From Macrostomum hystrix (lineage: Eukaryota > Animalia > Platyhelminthes), in NCBI GenBank assembly GCA_950097015.1, contig CATNEN010000038.1, forward strand, positions 21,762,001-21,826,000: 64,000 bases of DNA, written 5' to 3'. Both the position numbers and the translations under genes were made by a program. This document shows positions 1-10,700 of this stretch, one piece after another (positions within the stretch are counted from its first letter, which is position 1; every line of letters begins with the position of its first letter). Below the pieces are notes generated by a model, which was not told the DNA's origin, searched no databases, and saw only the letters and a program-made list of their open reading frames with translations.

Positions 1-265
1 CACAAAAGATCCCAGGGTGGTTATTAACACATGATTTTAAAGCAGACAGGCCATTGTTTGTCTCTGCCTTTGTAGCCACCTCACAGCCACACAAAAGATC
101 CCAGGGTGGTTATTAGCGCATGATTTTAAAGCAGACAGGCCATTGTTTGTCTCTGCCTTTGTAGCCACCTCACAGCCACACTAAAGATCCCAGGGTGGTT
201 ATTAACACATGATTTTAAAGCAGACAGGCCATTGTTTGTCTCTGCCTTTGTAGCCACCTCACAGC
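1..265. repeat. 89-bp tandem repeat (3 copies visible) containing the 3' splice site
   Basis: Unit cac(a/t)aaagatcccaggg...tctctgcctttgtagccacctcacagc recurs at 1, 90 and 179. Confidence 0.95.
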
Positions 266-3045
266 TGGAGTCGCACTTGCTGTTCGTTGGGGCCAAATCG
301 GCAGGCAAAACAACGCTAATCAACCGTTTATTGGAGAAGGACGAATCTCCTAAGCCAACAGTGGCTCTTGAGTACACGTTTGGTCGCAAGAGTAAAGGAG
401 GCCACACTACTAATAAAGAGATTGCTCACGTTTGGGAATTAGGCGGCGGTTTGAGCATGACTCGCCTATTGGACAATGTGCTGGATGCTGACAATGTGCT
501 CAATTGTTCCGTCGTGCTGGTAGTTGATCTAGGCCAACCGGCTGGCATCTGGGCCACGGTTGAGGCTCTGACGGGCGCCATTGAAGCTTGCGTTGGTCGG
601 GTGATTGCATCAGCGCCGAAGGAGTCTCGCCTAAAGGAGCAGCTGCGACAGAAGCAGAAGGAGCGACTGCATACTGTTGAGGTAAGTCATTAATGCAGCA
701 GGGATGCTAAATATAAATGTTCTTTATCAAAACGGGTAACATATTTAGAGATTAAGGATAAGACTAAGAGATAGTTTAAGGTTTCTCGGGAATCGAGAAG
801 TTTTCGGGAGTGTGAGGATTTTAGGGAATCTAGCTGTTTTGGAAGTTTAAGGATACTGGGAAAACGAGAAATTTTTGGAGTTTAAGGATACTGGGAATAC
901 GAGAAGTTTTGGGAGTTTAAGGATACTGGGAAAACGAGAAGTTTTGGGAGTTTAAGGATATTGGGAAAACGAGAAGTTTTGGGAGTTTAAGGATACTGGG
1001 AAAACGAGAAGTTTTGGGAGTTTAAGGATACTGGGAAAACGAGAAGTTTTGGGAGTGTAAAGATTTATGGAATCCAGAATTTTCGCTTTTTTTAGTTTAA
1101 ACCTGCTTGGAATTTAAACAGATGATGATTCTTTATAATGAATTAATTCCAGGCCGACGATGCCCAGCTAATGAGTCCGTTTCCTCTGCCGCTAACTATT
1201 GTCGGCGGCAAATTCGACCAGTTTCAAGAGAAAGTCGATCACGAACGCAAGCGGGTCGCTACGCAGACTTTGCGGTTTCTGGCCCACAGCTACAACGCGT
1301 CGGTGTACTATTTCTCAACCGTGAAACAGGAGCAAGCGGCTGCTAGGCTGCGGTCCCATCTGACTCAGCTGGCCTTTGGCTCCGGCGCGAGCTATCATCC
1401 GCATCAGGTGCTGGCAATGAGGAATATGTCACTTGGGAATTTGCAACTGCGATTGCCTACTAGGATTTCAATTAAGGAGATTATAGAATTACAGATTAGA
1501 GATTGGGATCTTACATAATAAATTGGGATCTTAGATTAGGATTGGAATCTTACAAAATGAATTGGGATCTTAGATTTGAGATTGGGATCTTAGATTGAGG
1601 ATTGGGATCTTAGATTGAGGATTGAGATCTTAGATTGAGGATTGGGATCTTAGATTAGTTAGGAATTAGGATCTTAGATTAGGGATTGGAATCTTAGATA
1701 GGAGATCATTTTATCATTGAGACCTTAATTAAGGGATTGGGATCTTGGATAAGGGATTGGGATCTTTGATAGGGGATTAAAATACAAATTTTATCATTGA
1801 GACCTTAAATAGGGGATTGGGATCCCAGATGAAGATAGGGATCTTAAATAAAGGATCAGGATCTTAAAAGTTATTGGGATCTTAGATGTTTGATTGTTAC
1901 TGTAAATAAGAGACTGTGATATCAGATAAGAAATTAATATCAGGGTTTCTTAAATGACTAGTTGGGGTCCTAGATTGGAGGATTAGATCGTTGACAAGAA
2001 GTTACAATCTTATCTTTTTTTGTTCAAAAGTTCTTCCTGTAAAAAAATCAATAAATTTCCCAACCGCGCATCTAGGATGAAGTTCAGGCGGACATTGGCC
2101 GGCCGCTAATTCTGCCCGCTGGCCGAGACTCCTTCGCCAAGATTGGCCAGCCGCCAGCTGACGACGGCGATTATCACCGGCTGTCGGCTAAGTGAGGGCG
2201 GCATTTTTTTTTAGTTCTCCAGCATTGATGTTCGCTCCTCCTACTTATAGTAATCTATATGCGGAAAAATCTGTTAATTTTTTACAGAACACCCCTGGAT
2301 CTGTGGAAGCATGTGTTCTATCAACACTTCCCCGAAGAGGTGAGTCATCAATGTACTTTGATTATTTGTGTTTCTAGAAAGAATACAGAAATTACACCTG
2401 GCCCATCTGGACCAGGTTTACAGCGAATAACACGCTTCCAAATGCTGCTTGCGTACAGCGTTTCAGTCCGTGGACTGGGGGTAGGGCAAGCACGCGCACC
2501 CCAATTTCTACCATAGCTAATGTTGGGTCTCATTTAATGAGATATTTTTTTGGATTAAGTGCCTTTCTTAAGGAAACGAACTGAATAAATTGGGCTGAAT
2601 TTCTAAGTTCAAAGCATGAAATACAATGTTCCCTATGTTTACACTATTGTACCGCGCAGACGTTATCCCTAGTGTCCTGTTTGGAATAAACTGTTAATAA
2701 TGTCCTTCATTTTCCTATCAATCATGTCCTTCATTGTCCCATCCATTATTCATTGATTATCCCATCAATCTCATTTATTTATGTCTCAATCACTTATGAT
2801 CAATGCTGACTACGCATCCGCAGCGTCAACAATTCTCGGGCGGTCGGCACCCGGTCCCGCCCGACCCCACCGTTGATCCAAACGATCCGCACAAATTCGA
2901 CGAACCGGCGGTTGATCTCGCTCGGGCGGCCAAAGATGAAGAGCTGGAAAAGTACAAACGAATTAGTGATAGAAAAATGCGTGACCTAATGCAACAGGCC
3001 GTCAACGAGGGCATCAATGTCAGCCTCGTACGACAGCTGGACTAA
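265..3045 (+). CDS. DYNC2LI1: Cytoplasmic dynein-2 light intermediate chain 1 (5'-partial, spliced)
   Basis: Exons ~265-681 (acceptor could also be AG at 252-253), 1153-1407, 2076-2191, 2288-2339, 2824-3045, with GT-AG junctions in frame. Motifs: P-loop GAKSAGKTT, PKPTVALEYTFGR, HVWELGGG, PFPLPLTIVGGKFD, PLILPAGRDSF, LDLWKHVF. Confidence 0.93.
840..1065. repeat. 35-bp intronic minisatellite
   Basis: Unit gttttgggagtttaaggatactgggaaaacgagaa; copies at 906, 941 etc. Confidence 0.9.
1495..1900. repeat. ~20-bp degenerate intronic minisatellite
   Basis: Unit gattgggatcttagattgag. Confidence 0.85.
2390..2545 (-). mobile_element. Truncated copy of tRNA-derived SINE family 1
   Basis: attacacctg...gtacagcgtttcagtccgtggactggggg...catttaa resembles the complete copy at 46353-46670. 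Confidence 0.6.
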
Positions 3046-3867
3046 GGATCAGTGACGAGCGTCTGACAAGATTTCGCGATCAGAACTCAATGAGAATATT
3101 GTCGTTTATGACCACGAAAAAAGTTTTTTCTGTACTGAACCCTGCACATGTGTACTTTTTTCTCTGAAATACATTCCTCTCTATACATTAGCTTCACAAT
3201 TTTTAACAAACTAATTCCGTCCTTCAAAATATAAGTTCCTCACTTTTTGTCCTTAAAATTTTTGTTATCTTTAAAACTATATTTCATTTTCCGCTAATAT
3301 CTTACGTTTTTTGATGGTTTTAGTCGACGGCAGCATTAGTCGTCGTCATCGTGGGAAAAAAATTGGCATTAAAATAAGCTCAAACATGTCTATGTCTAAA
3401 ACATGACAAATTCGCGTGCGCTCGGTGTAATTAACGACTACGCAGTAGGCGGCGACGTCAACTAAAGAACCTATGTTTCAAATCATGGTACTGATCTAGA
3501 GTAATTTTCTTGCTTATAGAACACCTGATCAAAAAAAGAACATGTATTAACGTAATCTACTTTTCCATAAATATTCCGGTATGGCTAATAAAATTATTAT
3601 TTTGTAAGTTATTTTTGAACCCCCTATGCAAGGAACAGAATACCTGGTGGAACTAAGTACCAATGCCTGATGTTGCAAAATAATACATCGCAATAATTTG
3701 AGGCACACAAGAATGAGAATAATGAAATGCTGAGGACCCCTCAGGGAAGCCAACACATACGCGCTCGCGGAAAAAGTTGGGAGAAACAGGTTAGAGTCGA
3801 CTTGGTAGTTAGAACCTTAGCCTCAAAATAAGACTTCAAAATTTTTAGACGTGTTAGTGGTTCGCCC

Positions 3868-4028
3868 GTGTCCGTGACTTAATTGGTCAGCGGGCTGATG
3901 CAGCAAAGCCAAGGCCAGGGGGTTTTCCTCTCCGCGGTTTAGACGCATGAGCATGTGGCCTGGGAGGCTTTAGCGCCTGTGCTGATCGGTACTTCTGAGA
4001 GCGTCAGCCCGCCTCGCTTTGCATTTTT
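3868..4028 (+). ncRNA. Candidate structured, Pol III-like RNA or degenerate tRNA-derived element
   Basis: A-box-like tgacttaattgg; 12-bp stem 3890-3901/4001-4012; nested stems 3905-3910/3966-3971 and 3912-3917/3956-3961; T-run at ~4024. Confidence 0.35.
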
Positions 4029-4749
4029 AATCTATAAAACAGACCGAAACAAAATCTGCGGTCACTAGCATGACTAGGCTAAAATTATATTACTGCACGG
4101 CCGCTTCGTCTAGAAGAAATGCTTTCATTTGTCCTCCTATTCGAAAATGTGCTTGGATAGTGGGATGAGCTGGACGCCCTTTTTCATACGGCGTTAAAAT
4201 AATGAGTTGAATTGTATAACAAATCAGAATTTACATTACTAGCTAAAAGCTAAATTTGAATTCTAAAAAACGTTTTTGTTTAAAAAAATGCTCAAAAATC
4301 CACTTTGCTGTTACCTTTTCATAATTTAAGCAAAAAACGAACGACTGTTTAATTTTTTTCTGCATCATCCTCTTTATTCAAAGAATGATATATATAGATA
4401 GTTATAAACTAAAGCGTTGCGTTGACTTACGGGAAATGTTTACGATTTTACTAAAAGTTTGGGTTTAAAAGTAATAAAAAGATACTTATTTATTTCATAT
4501 TTTCCAAGTCAGTACTAAAGATTTTTTATTCTAAGCTTCAATATAGCTTGTTAATGTAGACGTCAAGATTTAGCGAATTTTGTTAGCTAAATCAGATCAG
4601 TTCAGGATTTGTTAACCCCATTTGTAAAGCCTATTAACAGATCAACTCAAAGTTATCTAAAAAATTCAGTATTTATTTTTTAGATTAAGCTGCTCAAATC
4701 GCCCTGAGATTTAAGGCTAGGTTCTAGCCAAAACAAAAACCGTTCGATT

Positions 4750-7700
4750 ATGAGTGATGCTGGAAATCGAGATCAGTACAAGGGTTGGCTGTATAAGTGG
4801 ACTAACTACATTCGTGGCTACCAGAAGCGGTGGTTTGTTTTGCAAAATGGACTTCTGTCATATTACAGGTATGTTTTTTTCTAATTTTATATTTTCTTTA
4901 TAATTAAGTATTTTTAATTCATAGTTTTTAATATGCTTATAATGAGGCATAGCTAGTAGACTATCTATTCTAATTAATTAAACTAGGAATTTGTCACTAT
5001 CATCTAAATTTTATGATTAGCTCAGTTTAGGTTTAGAAATGTCTTTAATTAAGCTAGTTAAGGATGTCATTTGCTGGAACATTCAGACTATATATTGAGT
5101 ACTTTGATTAATTTTTTGTCTAGGATTTTAGGAATGAGTTTGTTCAAGATTTTGGTTATAAATCAATTGGACGATCTCTAAGATTAATATATTGTTAAAT
5201 TCTGGTTATAGAATATTTTATATTATACTAAATTTAGCACTTGTAATACTAAAAAATAATAAGAAAATATAGCAATAACAAGAAGTAATTACTCATGTCA
5301 AAAATATCACTAATTATTCAACACAGTTGTCTTATTTAACACATTTTTATATGTACTTTAATATGAATTCTGAGTTTAGAAAATTATAATTTTTGTTATC
5401 TCTATAGACATTCTTCTATTTTTATATTTTTCATTTATTAGGTAATATTAGAATATTATCTTAAATAAGAATAATGAAATAATGCCAAAACTTTGTTGTT
5501 TTTACAAGTCTGTCTCTTAAGGCAAGTCTAGTCTAGTCAAGGCAAGTCTACTCTTAATACTTTTTTGTATTAAAATTTTGCAAATGTTTAAGAAATTGTT
5601 GGAAATAAATGATTGTAGCATGCCTTACGAATCTTAATAGTAGGGTTATCAAGCTATTTTGCAACCCTTTTTATATACCAAGGAGATTACCCTTGGTATA
5701 AATTGATTACCTGAATGCTAACAGCATTTGGTGGTGACTAATTGGTTGACAGGCTAGACAATGGTATCCTGTGGTTAAGCTATGCCTAATGTTTAGGTGT
5801 GATCAGTGAAATTAGAGAAATTTGCACAAGGGTGTCCATAGTGGCATATTTTGACCTTTTGTAGCCCTTGGTACATTTGGGTGACATGCTGATAAATTTT
5901 TTAAGGCCTTGCAGGTCTACACTTAGCACAAAGCTAATTTGTGTGTATGGTGAATGAAATACACTTAGTGCTTAAAGGAAAAATCTGACTTTTGGCCAGA
6001 AACATAAAATATCTTGATGGTCTGAAGAGCTGGCAACTTGGTTCTTGTTTCAGAAGATGCGCAACAAAAAGTTGGCTCATGTTCTTAATCATTGTGTGCT
6101 TTCCATTTGGGTGCCGCACAAAAAATTGTCAATGGGGGGAAGGAATTCCCCTTGGTAGTTCTAATGTTATGTTATTTTTTTCATAGTTTTTTTTCTAAGA
6201 AATTGGCACATATTTAACCCTTGTGCCCCAAAAAGAAAATTAATTTTAAGCCTATGAAAAGTAGATAAAAGAAGTTACTGTTTTTAAAATAATTTTTTTC
6301 TTATGCTTATCTTATTTGGTCAGTATAATTTAATACAAATCACGTAAAAATCATTCAGGAACCATGCTGAGATGGCACACACCTGTCGTGGCACAATTAA
6401 CCTGGCCAATGCCCAGATTCTGCCCTACGACTCGTGCACTTTCATCATTAAGAACAGCGGCACGCAGACGTTTCATTTAAAGGCGCCAACTGAGGTTGAC
6501 AGGCAGAGATGGGTCACAGCTCTAGAGCTGGCCAGATCTAAGGCGCTGTCTATGTCACCTGGTAGGTTACTGCTGTGCAATCAATATTTTAAAGTTTCTA
6601 AGATTTAGAATTCCACGCACTAAGATAGAGAAATACATACTTTCAATATTGGAAATTTCATGCTCTAAGATTTCTAAAAGCTTTTAATGTCAATGCTATA
6701 AGTTTAGGCTTTCCATGAAAAGATGAGTATTTTAAATGCCGCAATGAATTAATTTCAGATACAGGCTCGGATGACGGCGAAATCACAATGGGCACTGACT
6801 CCAAAGAGGTCGAACAACTAATTGCCCAGATAGATCAGAAGCTATCTGATTTGCGCAATTTCAGCCAGACTCTGAATCACAACGGAGAGACATTGTCCCG
6901 ACTATTGTCCGAGTTTGAGAATAGGCGCACCAGCGAGTCTGGCGAGGATACCCTTGTTAAGTCATTGAAGGAGCGAACCACAATGCACAAGATTATGCTC
7001 AACGCTATGCTCAATGTAAGAATTTAACAATTTTAAATTTCCTGCTTATTCGATCGGCAAATTAAAAAAGCATAATTATTTTTTTCTAAAGTCGTGCAAA
7101 GATGTCGGCGACTTTCTAGCTAACGAAGGCAAACGCTGGAAGCGCCTATTGGAATACGAGAGAGGCCAGCGTCAGCAGCTGCAGGACATGGTTGAACAAT
7201 TGGCTAAGCAGCACAGTTCGCTAGAGAAAAAGATCATCTCGCAGGAGGGCCTGACCTGCAGTCATCCGGGCTTCCCAGCCGGCGCTGTTGCTCAGCAGAG
7301 GGGGTCGCTAAAGAGAGGTGAGTATTAGTTCGAGTCTAATTTAATAAAATGCATAAATTTACCATTTTTAGATGACGAAGCATCCGAGTGTTGAATTACT
7401 ATCATCGTTACTTACTCAGTTTACCCAATTTATTATATTGTAATTAATTTTTTTCAGACTATCAGTTTCATCATAAGGGAGGTAAGCAAAGTAGCATATT
7501 TATATAATAAGGTTTTAAAATGTTGTTGTTTCTAAAAAGAAAATAAACTATTTTTTACATAGATTTCACAAACAATATTGACGCTATTTTGATATGCATG
7601 CACATTAAGTCAATCGTAAATAGCATGTGATTATTCTTTTTACATGCGGCTATAGTTGTGGATTCTGGTTTTTCAATGAAGCTATGCACAATAAGTTATC

Positions 7701-10700
7701 CGATAACTAATGTAACAAGTTATTAAACCGGCTGTCAAAAGTAATAGAAGAATGTTTGCTTCAAACAGTGACTACTGACAAAACATGACTACTGATAGTG
7801 ATTACTAACATAATACTGACGACTGATAGCCCGCTAAAAAATAGGGATGTTTCTTTGGGTGATTCCAGTTGTAATCTGCGGTGTTTCGAGAAAAAGAAAC
7901 AGCCGAACGCTGAAAACATACCAATCGGATGATTTCATGCTTAGAATCTACCCAACTGGGCGTTTTCTCGGTGCTTCTTGGTGGCGAAATGGAATCACCC
8001 AAAGAATCCTCCAGTTCGGAAGATTCCATGCTCAGAAACCGCCGAGGAATCGTACGTAAATAATTCTCTGGTTGTCCCATGGGCCACTGGTTCGGGTGAT
8101 TCTTCGGCGGTTTCCGCACAATTTACGATTACATCGGCTGCTTCCTGGGTGGTTTCTTTAACTCTTGCGAGATAAGGGGGATTTTGGTAGATTCCACTCC
8201 TATTTTGCACAAAAAACCCGCCGAAGAAGCAACCGAATTTTTTACAGGGAGTGGCTACTGACACAATACTGACAGATGATAGCGACTAATGACACAATAA
8301 CGACGGATAGTAGTGACCACTGACATAATACTGATGACTAATAGTGACTACTGAGACAATACTGACGGATAATAGTGACTACTGACAAAACAAAAACAGA
8401 AGGCAGGGGCTACTGACAAAATACTGACGGATGATAGTGACTACTGACAAAACACAGAAGATAGTAGCTACTGACAAAGCACAGGCGGAAGATAGTGGCC
8501 ACTGACAAAATACTGACGGATGATAGTGACTACTGACTAAATACTGACGGATGATAGTGACTACTGACAAAATACTGACGGATGATAGTGGCTACTGACA
8601 AAATACAGACGGATGATAGTGACTACTGACAAAATACTGACGGATGATAGTGGCTACTGACAAAATACTGACGGATGATACTGACTACTGACAAAATACA
8701 GACGGATGATAGTGACTACTGACAAAATATAGACAAGATATTGGCTACTGACAAAAAATGTCCCATGGCCATGAAAATTACGGTTGAAATCCATACAAAC
8801 CTCTAGGCAGCGATGACAGTGACGACGAATTTCATGACGCTGAAGAGAGCCTCGGCTTAGAAGAGAACCAGCAGGTCATTAAAATTAGCCTGCCAAACGC
8901 GTCGGCCGCCTCTGCTGGCTTGTCGGCGTCGCCGCCTGGCCGCGGTGATTCGTCCGCCGGCGCTTTGTCGGCTGGCGGCGCCTCCACCGGTGCCAGGTCC
9001 GGTTCCGCCACCGACGCTGTGGACAAAGACACATTCGCGGACGACTACGAGTCGGATGTGTCCTACGAGGAGGACGAGGAGGATGCCAAGGCAAGGCGAC
9101 GGGATAGTCGACAGTTAAAGGTGAGTTTCTTTTTTCTAATTGCGTCAGTTTGCTCGAGTTGCGAACATGGCACCAGCATCAGCAGCGGCAGAAATTCGGG
9201 TCAGTGTTGAGTCCCCTCTCTCAGTGCACGGAATTTTTTAACAGTAGGCATAGTCAATATTTAATTAAAAATAAAAACTGCCTACTTCACAACAGCTCAA
9301 ACCAAATGGCCTATTTTAGTGAAAGTCCACTGTATGGATCAAAATTTTACTGCTTTACAATGAACTAACTTTAAAGCCGTACGACGTCTGGCTTGTCGAA
9401 CACCCTGGTGACAAAAACAACTAACATTTCTCCGTATAAAACTCTATGGCGAATCCATATTGGTTCGATAATAAAAATCTACAATTATAGTTAACAAAAA
9501 TATCCGAAATGGTTGCAAGATAAAATGCTTTTCAAGCAAAAAATAAGCATGTATTGGTGATTTTTGCCACCAGACACCCTCGAGTTGACGAGAATCGTTG
9601 AATATCTCGACGATGTCGATGTTTTGCGATTCTGGAAGTTGTTTCATCGAATAGAACGGAAATGTTTTGCCCGTGTTTAAGAGGTACAGAAAAAAAAGAA
9701 ATTGTAGGTATTTAAAATCTCCCGTGATCTTTCTAATCGCTTCAGCAGTGCCTCTAGTCTAGAGGTTAGGTACCACTTCATTATATTACAGCCACACTTT
9801 TTATAGTGTTTGGTGTTCTATGTATTGCTTAAAATTAAAGCATTAGTTATAACTGCTTAAAATACAAGAAGTTTCTGAAAGGCGAATCTCTCAGCTGACA
9901 AATGTCTATGGCAAAAGGCAAATTTATCGTTGTGCATATCATAGTTTCAACTGACGCAAGCTTCGGTCCGCCTAAATAATATGTAATTGCAGAATGTGGC
10001 ACCTTCGAACATCATGCGAACCTTACCTGTCTGCTTCCGCAGGTTATTTTAACCAAGGGATCGCAGCCTAGCATGCGAAAGCAGCAGAAGCAGCAGCAGC
10101 GTCCCCTGTCTAATATCAGCCAGGAGAGTGGCAAACTAGCCGTAGCAACCACCGGCGCGCGTAGGGTTCGCCGATCTACCATACCGGAGCGACCAAACTA
10201 CAGCCTGAACCTGTGGAGCATCATGAAAAATTGTATTGGCAAAGAGCTGAGCAAGATTCCAATGCCAGTGAATTTCAGTGAGCCTTTGAGCATGCTACAG
10301 CGTATCACTGAGGAACTGGAGTACTCACAGTGCTTGGACAAAGCAGCTCAGGCTGCCGACCAATGGGAACAGTTGGCTTATGTTGCCGCTTACACTATTA
10401 GCGCCTATTCTACCACAACTGTGCGCACGGCTAAGCCTTTTAATCCGTTGCTAGGCGAGACTTACGAATTCGATAGAATGGAAGATTTAGGCTGGAGATC
10501 GCTGGCTGAACAGGTATGTGCTAGAATTCCATCAAGACCTTAAAAAATCTTGACTTTACGCTAGCTTATGGCTTAAAAACCATAGAAATCACACCAGGCT
10601 ATTGGCCTCACAGACCATAGACTTCACACCAGGCTATTGGCCTCACAGACCATAGACTTCACACCAGGCTATTGGCCTCACAGACCATAGACTTCACACC

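Noticed and set aside
3321-3464. Degenerate inverted repeat (tagtcgacggc / gacgtcaacta), possible old MITE
   Set aside because: Too many mismatches and no second copy in the window to support it.
7372-7395. Additional OSBP microexon (tttttag|ATGACGAAGCATCCGA)
   Set aside because: No convincing donor and an in-frame TGA follows.
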